Positions 38,126-52,262 of a DNA stretch of 64,000 nt are shown here, in pieces. The stretch's first letter is position 1. Each line of letters begins with the position of its first letter. The notes under the pieces are model-generated. The model had not been told where the DNA came from. It saw only the letters and a program-made list of their open reading frames with translations, and made no database searches. The stretch is from Cirrosporium novae-zelandiae (Eukaryota), in assembly GCA_026023565.1 (NCBI GenBank), contig JAPETS010000021.1, positions 248,001 through 312,000 of the forward strand, written 5' to 3'. The position numbers and the translations under genes are program-made.

Positions 38126-41100
38126 ATGGAACCCTTTCGCGTTCGGTTGAACTGCGTCGATCATTATCAATCCACTACTACCCAGTTTGACCCTCAATTT
38201 TCCAGAAAACATAGGACTTCAAAAGATCCTCCAAACGACTGTCCTAGGGTACCTGTTATACGAGTTTTTGGTTCAACCGAGACGGGGCAAAAGGTCTGCG
38301 CTCACATCCACGGTGTCCTCCCATATCTATATATAGAGTATACCGGAAGTACACACCCAAATTCTGGTCTGTTTCTTTGTTATCTTATCATCACATCTTC
38401 TAACTTTCTCTATAGTTGCGTTATACATTCGATCTCTTCATCTATCAATCAACCATGCTCTTGCTGTGAGTTATCGTCGAGATATCCAGGATGGGGAATC
38501 TGCCTTTGTAGCTCATATTACCGTGGTTAAAGGCATACCTTTTTATGGTTATCATGTTGGTTATCGTTTCTTTCTCAAGATCTATATGTTCAACCCAATT
38601 TACATCAACCGACTCGCTAGCGTACTACGCGAGGGCGCAGTGATGAAAACAGCATTTCAACCATACGAGTCGCACCTACAATATCTGGCTCAATGGATGT
38701 GTGATTATAATCTTTATGGATGTGCCTATATCAATTGCTCCAAAGTCAACTTTCGAAACCCAGTTCCTGATTACCTAGAGCTTAACAACCCTTCCCATCA
38801 ATGGCACGATCGTTCCATCCCGGCAAATCTTATTTCTGAACAAAACAGGCCCTATCGACAGAGCTACTGCGCCATAGAAGTTGATGTCTGTGCGGAAAAT
38901 ATATTGAATCGTCTCCAGATCAGAGAACGTGCTGTTCATAATGATTTTGAAGAGTATATGAATCCGCCAAATTTGAACGAAAAACTTGTACATAGTCTAG
39001 AGGAACTATGGAAGGATGAAACCAGAAGACGAAAAGCTAAATTAGGACAAAGTGATCCTACAAGTAGCCCTTTCCCCCCTGGAGTGCTAATATCAATGTC
39101 AGCCGAACCACGAAATTCTAAAGCAGGAAATTGGATCCACGAAAATGAATATCGAGACAAGATTAAACAAGTAATTAGCGCTGAACGAGCAAGTAATAGA
39201 AGGAGCATGACTCTAGGTTCTTTTATTAAGCCAACGCCATTTGAAAATGCTATTAAAACAGCGTTTCAAAGCGTAGCGGATTTGTTCCCGGAAAATTTAT
39301 CAGTATTAGATTATGTGGTGGATCAGCCCTCAAAGGACCAGAGTGCATGCATGGACTTTCATGAGGAGCATGTCTATGTTGACGAGAGCCTCATTCCAGA
39401 GTTTCATGATGATGAGCCTGGTAGCGATACTGACAAAGAGAAATTTCTTGTATTCGGTAGTGATGGTTGGCGGAACGAGCAATCTTCTACGGAGAACAGT
39501 CGGCCCGTGCCTCAAAACAAAAATAATATCAAGCTCGGAAGCGAGGGCTACGCTGCCGATCCCAATAACATCATGCATTATTCGGCATCACATCAACCAT
39601 GGGCCTCTGCGGAGCTAGAACATCTCGGCGTAAGGAAAATGGAAGATGCAGCCAATTTTGACAATGACACTTTCCACATACCTCCTGGATGTGTTAGTGA
39701 TATGATTATGTCCAATTCACAGCCTAGAACGATGGTCCCCGTAATGCATAGCAGTCAGAGAGAACAACACTCTGTATTCGTTCACTTGAAACCTGCACGT
39801 GGTGTCTCCAGAGATGATATAGAGTGTCTTCACAATAAAATGACAAGTCTTTCCGAGTCAAGTCATTGTTTCCAGCGGCCATTAGTGGTTTCTGATGTCA
39901 ACTACTATCCTCGAAAAAATTCGGACCTCGAAGCCTACCAAGACTCTTCCCCAGAGGAGAGTGCTCTGGATAACTGCAAAGAAGCCTTGAAAAGTTCCTT
40001 GCGAAGATGTGAAGGGAGCAGAGAAGCAGTTATATCTTTCACCACAATTAAAAATTCACCGTACCCAAAAAAATTATTAAGCCCTACTCCAGATTATGGT
40101 GCCTTACATCCCAAAAAGAAAGCCCAAGATCAAAGTTATAGAGCAACACCTGCTGATGAGAACTGCCCACCTCCAACTCCATCAATACGACCATTCATCC
40201 ATGAGAATAATTGCTCAAACCAACATAACCAGGATACTCAAACCAGACAGATTTCTAGTTTACTCCATTTATCATTTTCTATCTCTAGGATAATCGAAAT
40301 TTTCCCTTTCTCTCCTCCACCATTAAGGTCAATAACCAGCGATTTAGTAACAGAAAAAGGGCTTCCTTCATTGATATACAAAGGGGTATATTATAGTGAT
40401 GAATACGATGTTCCAGGTCGACCTCGTTCGTATGGAGGGAGGGATTTCATGCTTGGTAGCGAGACTGTACCTTACCTTTCTCTCTTTGATTCTGCTGGAG
40501 AGTCTCCGGCAAGTAGAGGGATTGAAACTTCGATTGTCGTCAATTATGAAATCTTGGGACGTAAATCCCAGTGGAGGAAACGGAGGTGTACCCTAAATTT
40601 CTGGGAAATGGTAGCCCCCCCACCATCACGTGCAGAAGTTGAGGCCTGGGAGAATGCCAATAACCAAGCCCCCAAATATGAAGGAGGGGAAGAAAATGGA
40701 GAAAGAGCTCTAGAGGCAGTACGAATTGCATTCCCAAGCAACCCTAATGCCCGTGTATCTCAGATCGAGGGGCCAACGCCCAAGAACGAACGCGACTATC
40801 AATGCTCTCGAAAAGAAAAATTTGCAGGTAATCATACTGGAATGCAATATATGAGCATCATGAGTTTAGAAATTCATGTGGATACTCGCGATTTACTCAA
40901 TCCAAACCCAGAAAATGACGAGATCCAATGCGTTTTTTGGTGCTGTCAATTAAATAGTGGAGAGCCTATCCTTAATAGAAAGAAGCAAGATCAACATATG
41001 GGGATTATCACTAAAACTAGTCTGCCTAGTCATACCCGCAAAGTGTACTTAGCAACTGGAGTGGATATAGACCAGCAATCTTCAGAACTTGATATAATCT

Positions 41101-43412
41101 TGCGAATGGTCAGCATAGTTCGTGAGTACGATCCAGATATCTTAACAGGATATGAAATTCATAATAGTTCTTGGGGATATATGATTGAAAGAGCCCGACT
41201 TCAGTATGATTATAATCTCTGTGATGATCTCTCACGTATGAAGTCACAGTCTCATGGACGGTTTGGAAAGGAAAATGACACATGGGGTTTTAACCATACA
41301 TCAACGATTCGTATTACAGGAAGGCATATGATTAATATCTGGCGCGCGATGCGCGGAGAATTAAACTTGCTTCAGTATACAATGGAGAATGTTGTCTTCA
41401 ACCTCTTGTGCCGGCGAATCCCGCACTTATCATACCACGATCGAACAATATGGTACCAAAGCGGCAATCCCAAAAATCTCGTCAAGGTACTCGACTTTTA
41501 TCTTTCCCGTGTCCGACTAGATCTTGATATTCTTGAGCGAAGCGAACTCATTCCACGGACTAGTGAACAAGCACGCGTCCTTGGGATTGATTTCTTTTCC
41601 GTATTCTCAAGGGGGTCTCAATTCAAAGTTGAGTCTATTATGTTTCGGATTGCAAAACCGGAAAACTACCTCTTGATATCTCCAAGTAGGTCACAAGTTG
41701 GCCAACAGAATGCATTAGAATGTTTACCACTCGTCATGGAACCTCAAAGTGCGTTTTATCCAGACCCTGTTTTAGTTCTAGACTTTCAGTCACTTTACCC
41801 TAGTATCATGATTGCATACAATTATTGCTATTCCACATTTCTAGGAAGGATAATGAATTGGAAAGGGAAGAACAAAATGGGCTTCACAGAGTACCGCAGA
41901 GACGAACGCCTCCTTGAACTATTTCAAGATCACATCAATATCGCGCCTAACGGTATAGTATATGTGAAACCGGAAGTCCGTAAGTCGCTACTTGCTAAGA
42001 TGCTAGGTGAGATTCTTGAAACCCGAGTTATGGTTAAGAGTGGGATGAAAATCGATGTAGAAAATCACCCTTTGCAACGACTACTAAATAATCGGCAACT
42101 AGCTCTCAAGCTTCTTGCAAATGTCACCTATGGGTACACATCAGCCTCTTTCTCTGGCCGCATGCCTTGCTCTGAAATTGCCGACAGCATTGTCCAATCA
42201 GGTCGAGAAACTTTGGAGAAGGCCATAACCTTCATTCATTCTGTGGATAAATGGAATGCTGAGGTTATTTACGGCGACACGGATAGCTTGTTTGTACATC
42301 TTAAAGGGCGGACCAAGGACGAAGCATTCGCTATCGGTGAAGATATTGCCAAGTCAGTGACAGAGCTGAATCCTCGACCCGTTAAGCTCAAGTTTGAAAA
42401 GATATATCTACCTTGTATTCTCCTCGCGAAGAAGCGGTATGTAGGATATAAATACGAAAACCGGGACCAAATTCAGCCAGACTTTGATGCTAAAGGCATT
42501 GAGACTGTTCGCAGAGATGGAACACCAGCTGAGCAGAAAATTGAAGAAAAGGCCATCAAAATTCTCTTCAGGACAGCAGATCTTAGCCAAGTCAAGAGAT
42601 ATTTCCAACGACAGTGTGCTAAAATAATGAGAGGCAAGATCTCTATTCAAGATTTCTGCTTTGCGAAGGAAGTGAAGCTCGGGACTTATAATGAAAGGGG
42701 ATTACAACCACCCGGCGCCCTGATAAGCACGAAAAAGATGCTCGAAGATCCGAGGGCTGAACCCCAGTATGGCGAACGAGTTCCTTATCTCGTGATCGCT
42801 GGAGCCCCTGGCACGAGACTTGTAGACCGCTGTGTTCCTCCAGAGGTGCTGTTATGTAACGCTCAACAAGAACTTGATGCAGAGTACTACATATCCAGAA
42901 ATATCCTTCCACCTCTAGAACGTATCTTCAATCTTATGGGTGCTAATGTACGGCAATGGTACGATGAAATGCCCAAATTCCAGCGAATTCGCCAAATGGA
43001 AGGAACAATCTTACAGCGAGGTGAAAAAAAGGGGCATATCAAGATGACCCTTGAATCATACATGAAGTCATCCTCATGTGTGGTCTGCCAAGGCAAGTTA
43101 CAATTAGACGCGGAAACAGTGTGGGAATATCTAATTTGCCACAACTGTCTAGAGACAGTGGAAACATCACTCGTTGCATTACGGCTGCGTCTAGCAAAAG
43201 CAGAGAATAGGATGGCAAAGTTAGAGAAAATATGTCAATCATGCAGTAACATTGCATGGGGAGACGAAGTCATATGCGACAGTAAGGATTGCCCGGTTTT
43301 CTATTCACGAGCGAGGCACAGAGCGCTGTTGAGAAACGAGGAAGCAACAATTCCCCCAATAATCAATCTTCTAGAAGTTCGAGCTCATCATGTAGATGAA
43401 TATGATTGGTAA
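38126..43412 (+). CDS. REV3: DNA polymerase zeta catalytic subunit, 2 exons
   Basis: VPVIRVFGSTETGQKVCAHIHG, B-family motifs LVLDFQSLYPSIMIAYNYCYST, QLALKLLANVTYGY, YGDTDSLF, KGIETVRRD and C-terminal Cys clusters. Confidence 0.97.
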
Positions 43413-43795
43413 AGGTTTATGGAGGAAATAAATAGCAGAAGCGACATATTCCAGGCTACTTGTATCTAGGGAGTGGGAGTTACCTTAAAGTGTGGTAATT
43501 AGTAGTCTTGTGCAACAATTCGTATTTCGGCTATTAATCTAAACCTCTCGCATTGGCCTCCTACACCCCACCTAGCATTCTTATCCCCACCCTTGATATT
43601 CTCCTTGACCAGGAACTCCCTTTCTATATTATAGTTATCCATACATCCAAACTTAACTTCTCAATATAAACTGAATTTCATCGACAGCTTGTGGCTTCTA
43701 TGCTGGTCGCCAAGTTCACAATCGTGATAAGCCAGTGATAGCCTCCGACCACTCTCCAGTGTCGCCACAAAAACAACTCCAAACCAATAGTCAAG

Positions 43796-44413
43796 ATGCA
43801 GGCAATGCCAGATGCGCGCCAGCAATCATTTGAAGAAATATATGGTCCACCTGAAAACTTCTTGGAAACCGAAGTTCGTTTACTCTTCTACTCATCTTCT
43901 TACTATCTTCCATCCTTGTCCATGCACTGATTAGTATACCTTTCTAGGTTCGTAACCCTCAAACTCATGGTGTCGGCCGTGGCATGTATACCTCTTATGA
44001 GATTGTTTGCCGCACCAATATCCCCGCCTTTAAGCTTAAACATTCGGTCGTTCGGCGTCGCTATTCAGACTTCGAGTACTTCCGAGATATCCTAGAACGG
44101 GAGAGTTCAAGAGTTACCATTCCACCACTCCCTGGCAAAGTTTTCACAAATCGCTTCAGTGATGATGTGATCGAACATAGAAGGGAAGGGCTAGAAAGAT
44201 TCTTGAAGATCGTAGTAGGCCATCCGTTGCTGCAAACCGGTAGTAAAGTTCTAGTGGCTTTTGTGCAAGGTAAGTCAAACGCGCTTTCTTTCCAATTCCT
44301 AGCTCAGCTCACAAGGAGCAACTACCCCAAACAACGAATGTGTCAATAATATCGAGATAAGAGGCTGATACCATCCTATCTTAGATCCAAATTGGGACCG
44401 AAATGCTTGGTGA
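43796..44413 (+). CDS. SNX3: Sorting nexin 3 (PX domain), 3 exons
   Basis: [79 protein letters not shown]. Confidence 0.95.
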
Positions 44414-44700
44414 TGAGCATGACGAACACGCGAAGACGAAGATAGTATGGTATTCTGCCCGGTTAAACTGCGTATGAAGGCTTCTTCTTTCCTTGTTTAT
44501 ATTAAGTTGATTAGCATTCGAAGCACTTGAGCGGGGTAATTCTTGCATGGAGTTATGGGCTCTCTCTAAAAATTGTTCTAGTTCTTATTTCCTATACCGT
44601 ATGACCACAAAGCGTCCGTCTTTTTAATTTTTACATTCCTCTTGTAAGTGAATTTTATTTGACCTGGCGAATCAAAGGAGATGGGATAATTAGATCATTT

Positions 44701-46243
44701 CTACGTATCCAAAAATTCGCCTTCCCAATCCATCAATGGTTGATAGGTAGTCACATCCTCACCTTCCTCGGAGATTTCCTCTGGAAGCTTAGGGGACAAT
44801 TTGCCTGGTCTCCCGCTATGGTCTTTTCTGAATGCTAACTCTGCTTTAGACTCTCCAACTAACACCGGAGGCCTTAGGAACAACTCTGCCGCTGAACTAG
44901 ACATCGACAATTTCGGTCCCTCCCCACTAGGTCTAAGGCCACCTTGTTTATAGATTTCCGAAAACTTGTTTCTGAATCTATCTCTAAGATCTGTTGACTT
45001 GCGGTGCCCCAGGCAAAACGATGGATCTTTTTGAATGACCGCCCACTGAAAGCCGTACGTCTCATAACCATGCCACAAGTTAATGTCTTCTTCTTCGGTG
45101 AAAGCGTGCCGCGAACGACGGTTTGCTTTGGGGAAAGGGCCAGTGATCCCAAGTCGGGCAAGCTCACAGGGATTTTTGCGGTGGGAACGAGTGTTTTTAG
45201 ACTTGACATTGGGGTTAGGCTGAGAAGAGAGTAGAGGGGAGGACATTGAAGATGGTTGCAATAGATTTTCGATGGTCATGCCACTAGGTATACGACCTTT
45301 ACTACTAGTATCTGGGACTTGGACTTTCAAGTGGCTGCAATAGGCATCTGGGCAGCAGACTCGAAATCTATAGACGATCAGTTAGAGGTTTGCTCGTAGT
45401 AACTTTCCTAATGTAGTGTACTTACCGGTCTTTCAGGTCGATGGAACTCCGACTCTGAAAATGGTACTCTGAATATGACAATATCTTCTTCCAATTTCCA
45501 ATACCGAACCTTGCAACTCCTCTCAATAGATCGTTTGTCTCTTGTTCTGACCATTTTCTTCTCGACCTACTTTGTAGCATTTTAGGTTTCTTGGATTTGG
45601 ACTGTGAATGTGGACATGAGCCCATACGGTCTTGAAGCGTGTGGGGCTCCATTGGAGAACCTACACATACCGGCTCTTCGATAGATTTCCTTCGAAGCCC
45701 TGGGACATCATTTGGGTTAATAGGAGGGAAACGAGCGACATATGGCGGTGGCTCATGTAGCCCATTTAGCATAGGAGGCAAAGCCGGATGGGGGAGCAGC
45801 TTCATTGCCGTTGGCTTATCAGGCGGCTTTGGAAGCTGCACAAACTCGTCCATGCCCTGTGACTGAGCGGAAGAATCCACGATAGTCTTGAATCCATCCA
45901 GGCGGCGGTCTAGCATTCGTGGGCTAATAGTTGAAGGCAACACTATCAATTTTGGCACCTCGACCATCTTGGGCTCTATTGTTTGGGACACAAGGTTATC
46001 TGATTGTAGTCTCTTCGTTGTGGAATCCGCTTCAATTCTCGATTTCACTTTCTGGCCCGATAATCGAACTTTGCTAGCATGATCCGCCCTCTGGGACCCA
46101 GTATCTGGTTCTAATAGCAGTGGACGCTCCGAAGTGCGGGAGGGAATAGGATCTTGTAGAGGGGCAATCCGAGGAATATCTAAGGGTTGTTCAGTCAAGG
46201 CATCACCAAGACTGGCCAGTGGAGGATCAGCAATTAAATTCAT
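44701..46243 (-). CDS. Double Myb/SANT-domain protein (Tay1/Teb1-like telobox type), 2 exons
   Basis: RRKWSEQETNDLLRGVARFGIGNWKKIL..RSSIDLKDR/FR and RRSRHAFTEEEDINLWHGYETYGFQWAVI..RKSTDLRDRFRN. Confidence 0.85.
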
Positions 46244-46647
46244 CGTGTACTGTAAAGGAATGGAAAATATATTTTGATGTCAAATGTCTCTGGTTAAATC
46301 AGCTTTATATTTAGAGCACTTAAGTAGCTCCAGGCCATAGCCAGCTCCGTGAAGTATGGCGATATATTTGGTGCATGACAGATACAGTATTCGACCGAGA
46401 AATCACGTGGCACCCATGACTTTAACCTTTACGTTCTACATGGTACATAATTTACCATTGCACCGCCACATGAGAAGCATTGTATGCAAAATTTACTAAT
46501 TTATATATAGAAGCATCGAGATTTTTTCTTTGATTCATTTATCACATAGGAAGTCCTTCATACTCCTCCAGGGTGCCTATGTTATGATTTCAGTGGCAAC
46601 AGTATCCTTAACCAGTCCGAGATTATTTCCCCATAATCGAATTCCAC

Positions 46648-47795
46648 CTAGTGTCCAGCCAATGCAACTGCGCGGCGACGATCTCTCTCTTCCGCAATTG
46701 AGAGCTGTAAATTTTGGTGGTTAGCATATAGAATAAAATAGACATGATCAAGAGCATACCTTGACACCCTTGCCCTTAGGCAAGCTAATCCATGGTTTCT
46801 CTTGTCCGATCACAAAAACGTTACTTTCACGGGTAGCAAATGAGTTGTCAATTGCATCCTTGATGTGAACAATATTGAAACCGCCCTCATGTCGTTCTCT
46901 ATGAGTAATGACGCCTACTCGACCCATGTTACGACCACCGATTGCCATAACAATGACATGAGTATCGAACCGAATGAAATCCGTTATCTTGCCAGTCGCG
47001 AGGTCAATCTTGACGGTGTCGTTCACTTTAATCGCGGGATCTGGGTACCGAATCCTACAGCATTTTTCCAGATCAGCACCTAATTTTTATCCAAAACTTG
47101 ATCCAACGTCTGAATGATGCGGAACTCACGTTCTTGCATCGTGCGTAACCAAGAATGGGATGCCTCCCCTGCCCAACTGCACTCTCTTAACCTTGCCCAG
47201 CTTGTATTCTGCCTCTTCGGCGGTAATCCGATGAACAGTGAAGCGACCTTTCGTGTCGTAGACAAGCCGGAAGTTCTCGCCCGTCTTTTCAATTGTGATC
47301 ACATCCATAAACCCGGCAGGATAGTTTGTATCTGTTCGGACTTTGCCATCGATCTTGATCAAGCGTTGCATGCAAATTGCCTTCACCTCTCGGGCATTAA
47401 GTGCATACTTCAACCTATAAACTGTCAGTACTATATTTCTGATCCAAGTTTAAAGCATTCCATGTTGAGAGATAACTAACCTATTTCGAATGAAGACTAT
47501 CAGTGGTAGGCTATCACGAAGTTTGTGAGGGCCTGGGGAAGGACGAGGTGCGTAGGCGCCGGAGAGCTTGTCCAGCAACCAGTGAGATGGCGCACTAAGG
47601 CGTTTCTGATGTTTCTTTCTATAGCAGGATACCCGTCAGCAAAATTGATATGAGGTATGTTCCCCCAACGTTGTAGGTTTCCAGTGTTTGATCAGGCAGT
47701 AAAAATATTATCACTCTATCGAGGTCAAATTAAGCTGTCGATACAACGTGTACAATGCAATAGAAAGAAATGTTCACTTACGGTCCACGTCCCAT
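46648..47795 (-). CDS. RPS4: 40S ribosomal protein S4 (eS4), 5 exons
   Basis: [76 protein letters not shown]. Confidence 0.97.
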
Positions 47796-47885
47796 GGTGC
47801 TGATGGTTATTGTTGAGTTGACTTGAGGTATGGGAGAATGATTGTCAAAGAGAAAAACAGTGGAAATTTAGATTTGAGTGTCTTG

Positions 47886-47904
47886 GTAAGGGTTTAAGCC
47901 CTAA
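47886..47904. promoter_or_regulatory. Candidate RP promoter element upstream of RPS4 (GTAAGGGTTTAAGCCCTAA)
   Basis: Near-inverted pair of TTAGGG-like half-sites about 100 bp upstream of the RPS4 ATG; shares a 9-mer with the RPL21/RPS9 promoter. Confidence 0.5.
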
Positions 47905-48053
47905 TCTAATCTAATACCCGCGCAGTTTGCACCTCAGCGGCACCGCCATTCCAAATACCAATGTTCAAATAGGCTACAAAATAGATTGATCCACCACTAA
48001 TTAATAAGAGTAGCATTTACTGTTGTGTCTATTGAATATGCAAATAATTTTAG

Positions 48054-49262
48054 CTACAGGATTCCTTTAATTACAGCAGCCTCCGCATTGAGTATCGACG
48101 ATCCTGCTGCGCCGATGACTGTATTATGGCTCAGTCCAACATACATCACATCGTAGACTCGGCTTTCCGCCTCCCTGATACGACCGACACTAACTGTATA
48201 GCCGTTATCAAGATCCCTGTCCAGCCTTGGTTGTGGCCGGTTGGGTTGTTCAAACACTGTTATTGCATGCTCAGGGGCAGAGGGGCAGCCCAGTTTCTGT
48301 GCTTCGGAAACATATTCTCTCAAAGCCTCTTTAACTTGCGTAGCAGTTGGGGCAGGCCTTTGTTGAAATCTGAGTGAAACGCAGGCCATATGGCCATCTA
48401 GGACCATGACTCTATTGCAAGCTGCTGTAATCTCCAAGCTGGACTGGTTTGAAAAGCACATTGCTTCTTGATTAAAGGAGCCGAGAATCTTTTGGGCTTC
48501 CGTACATAGTTTGTCCTCCTCTCCGGAAATAAAAGGTACAACGTTGTCGAGGATGTCCATACTGCTCACGCCTGCGAATCCAGCGCCGGATATGGCCTGC
48601 ATAGTAACCACACTAGCGTGATCAATTGGCCCAAATCTATCTTGTAGAGCTTTGAATGGAATTGCCACCCCGATAACAGCACAATTGGAATTACACACAA
48701 GGAAGCCTCGTTGTAAGTTGAACTGCTGCCGCTGGTGTGGAATAATATCAAAGTGAGATAGGTTAACTGTAGGAACCACCAGAGGGACAATAGCATCCTG
48801 GCGATGATTTTTGGCGTTGGAGAACACTGGAATATCTGCTTTCATGAAATCGAGCTCTAGGGAGTAATTAGATCAGCCCAACAGCACAATGCAGAAAGTG
48901 TTTGTGTCTTACCAACTTCGCCAGCCACATTACTGTCCAGCCCTGAGAAGACCATGTCACAATCCTTGAAGTTCTCTGAACTGCACTCTCTGACCACCAA
49001 CTCAGCAAGCTCCTCCGACATTGGCTCCTTCTGTTTCCAATCAACAGCATCCTTATATTTCTTGCCGGCTGATCGTGATGAAGCACCGAGAGCGTGGACC
49101 TTGAAGTATCTATGTTTTGCGAGAAGTAAGATAAAGCGCTGGCCTACAGACCCTGTGCAGCCCAGGACTCCTAAAGAGATAAACAATTAGCAAAGTACTG
49201 GATTGTTTTATGCATTATGCTAACGGACCACATTTCTTTTCAGGAAAATTCAGCGAGACCAT
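48054..49262 (-). CDS. HOM2: Aspartate-semialdehyde dehydrogenase, 3 exons
   Basis: [26 protein letters not shown], catalytic [32 protein letters not shown]. Confidence 0.96.
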
Positions 49263-50032
49263 CGGTACTGTACTGCCTTTCTGCCTTCTAATGCTTGCAT
49301 CAATAATTCATTCGAATATCATCGATTGCGGGTTTCGGAGGATAATTGCCAAGAACCCTGAGAAATCAAATATTTTGGGACACAATGACTCAGCTACCCA
49401 CAGTGCAGATCATGCCATCGATGCACCACAATTAGTTCAACTCCCCAAATATGGGGTTTTTGTATTTCCTGTTTTATTATGACATGCACTAAAGTATCGT
49501 TACAGGGTTTCTTATATCTATTAAATCTTTAATAGTCGTTTTGATAGTACGATGGTAAAAGGGTATAGCATTACTAAATTGTGTGCCAACCCCTACCTCT
49601 TTTGACCCACCGAACTAACAACCCTACATGGAGAATTGTGATGGATTGAGAGTAGAGAGACCACTTTCTTCTGTAAGTTTTGAACATTTCGTCATGATTT
49701 CTAGAGGGAGAGATAGTAAGGAAATATCCCATACAATATCATCTATAAGTTCAATCGTGCCTTCTTTGCACAAGACATTTACTATTGATCCACACCAGGT
49801 AATGGCCATTCAAGAGACGCAACACTAAGGCCTCACAAGGATCCGAAGTTGTCTTGTATTTTCTATTGGCAACTACCTCTCTAGCGACCATCGATAATAT
49901 TTTCAAATGCAAGGGCTCGACAGCTGGCCATTTGTGGCCAGCCTTATCCCAATCTTCTACTTGAATTCCATTATTGGTCTATCAAAATATGAAACTAACT
50001 AGAATGGATAACCTATACAGGTATTTTAAAAA

Positions 50033-50847
50033 GTGTTCTTTATACAGGAACGTCCACTATTAAGTTTGCTATTAGCGAGGGCACTTAATCCTTCAATGGA
50101 GTTCCGCAAGATATACTGCCTATATACTATATGCCTTCTCCTAAATAGCATAATCTGGCTTGTGCCTTTATGCTCCCAGCATCATTGCCAGAATCCATTT
50201 CTTTCCCTGCAGACATGCCGGCCTTTTTCCGAAAGGTGTGGGAGGAGACGATCGGGCTCTCTCTATGAACAAGAATGGTCCTATTCATGACTGATATTAT
50301 ACCCTTCGAAGTCCTAGAGAATTTCTTACAGCAAATCTTGTAAATTCTAGACTCTTTATTAGATTAATGCTCAGTGTTATTGTCCCTTGCAATACTTACC
50401 AGGCTCTCAGATGGAGTGTTTGCTCATTCCCATACTTCATCCAAAAGCACAAATACTTGCTAAAGCCCTTTAGCTGGCATAAAACCTCTTCAATTAGATC
50501 GGCTCTATGACCAAATTAAGCGTTATTTTATTGGATGGAAAGAGTACAGAGTATTGGACTTAGGATTTATGGGTGTTCTTGCCGCTTGCTCCTAGAGCAA
50601 TGAAATGACACCTACGCTCGCAACCGAAACCACGAACTTTCCAACTTCTATGACCATTACTGTTGACATTGAACAAAGAAACCTTCCACCTCGACAGCAT
50701 TTGCAGCAGACACAAAAACTCCAAAAGAAAATCGAACGTCAAGGTATACCAGTAAAGGTTCAAGCTGCAACCCTAGAGTTTTTACTTGCCTTAAAAATAT
50801 CACGCCAAACCGACTTTGATCCTATTCTAGCCCACTGCTTCCTATGA
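50033..50847 (+). pseudogene. Probable pseudogene of a helical hypothetical protein
   Basis: One frame from 50164 to 50847 reads protein-like (AFMLPASLPESISFPADMPAFFRKVWEE..DQIKRYFIGWKEYRVLDLGFMGVLAACS..KIERQGIPVKVQAATLEFLLAL) but has 5 internal stops (50266, 50341, 50365, 50461, 50593). The upstream part is in another frame. Confidence 0.45.
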
Positions 50848-51960
50848 ATGTATAAAGGAATGGTGGAAATCAGACTTAATGTTACGTCTCTCACCCTACA
50901 ACTTGAAGAATAAATGAAGAATTGACTTTAGCTACTTTCGATAGGTAGAGATGAAAACGACCAGACTCAAAGGTGGAACTAGGAAAGTGACCCCAGGGAG
51001 GTCTTTCAACAAAAAGCGGTTTTTAATAAAAATTCGATTTGAAAGCCTCCCCAAAGCCTGAAGAGCGGAAATCAGCTTTGAATGTATAATGTCTGGTTTT
51101 ATTTAAAGGCCCATAGCACAATCCTAGCGAGTATGACAAATGAGCAAGTTTTGAATTTAGCATTTCTAATTATGAGACTATCAGTTGGGAAGTAATTGGA
51201 GGAGATTTCCAGTAGGTTCCAAAGGACTAAATGTTATGAAAACTGCATGAATTATCCTATTCTATGGAAGTTCTGACACACTTTTGTGGTACTCTAGGTG
51301 GTGAGTGGTTTACCCTACCGCCAGTATTTAATATTGTCTCTTACTCCTACCCCTGGAAATAGGCAACGCAACATGTTCCCGGTATGCCAACTCTCCTGCG
51401 TGCTAGCTTCCCGATGTTTGGGGAACGAGAAACATTTCAGCATCCTACTAAAAGGTATAGATATACTAGTGGTTATTTTGTGACTGGGTAGTATCAGGAT
51501 TTAGAGAAGATTCAAGCAAATGTTTAGTAATAAGTTGGCTCTGGAACAAGGTATTGCAAGCGAAAAGGTGGACAACCGACCTCGCTAGATGGGACTCATG
51601 TTCTTCTAGTAATTGGAATTTGTTTGTGTTTGACTATATACTTAAGTACTATGCGTTGATCCGAAGTATTATTTACCTAGGTAAGTAGCTGTTCTAAATG
51701 GGCTTCATGATATTCACTAAAGTCCAGTTACAATTACCCAACTTCTAACAGAAAGTAAATCTTGCTTCAAATTCCATTACTTCTGAGTTCCAAATTTCTT
51801 TTCAGAGCACGACCTCTCACACTTATTTATTCATTTTCTTCGACCTTTTATTTATTCTATATTGAACTCGTCTAGTTTTTAATAGGTCACTTATTTTGGG
51901 ATATCTCAGGCCAATCTATTCTTACAAGTACCTCATTTATTTAATGTGATAGCATACACC

Positions 51961-52215
51961 ATGAAGCATTGTGGATCATCAGAACGTATATCTGAACCAG
52001 TTCCTAGTCCAGAACTGGACAATATAGCTTTTGCATTGGCTGCTAGTAATAGCAACGAAACTTCGAAAGAACTAGATACTATGAGCTCTAAGCTAATAGA
52101 CGTCAGGCTAACTGAGAAATTTGGAATTTCATCTCTTGACTCTGTCTTTATACCTCACAGGGGAATAACTGATAACCACAAGTCAGTCACTACCATCACC
52201 CCCGCTCCTGCCATC

Positions 52216-52262
<47 letters not shown>

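Noticed and set aside
47620..47781. snoRNA in the longer first intron of RPS4
   Set aside because: Only a degenerate C-box-like word and CTGA were seen, with no terminal stem or recognisable rRNA guide.
50164..50847. Premature stops corrected by sexual-stage A-to-I editing
   Set aside because: There are five mixed stops and a frameshift; editing-rescued genes typically carry a single UAG at a Trp position.
52216..52260. Repeat array as CRISPR-like or telomeric
   Set aside because: It is a simple (AAC)n microsatellite without spacers, in frame within a eukaryotic gene.
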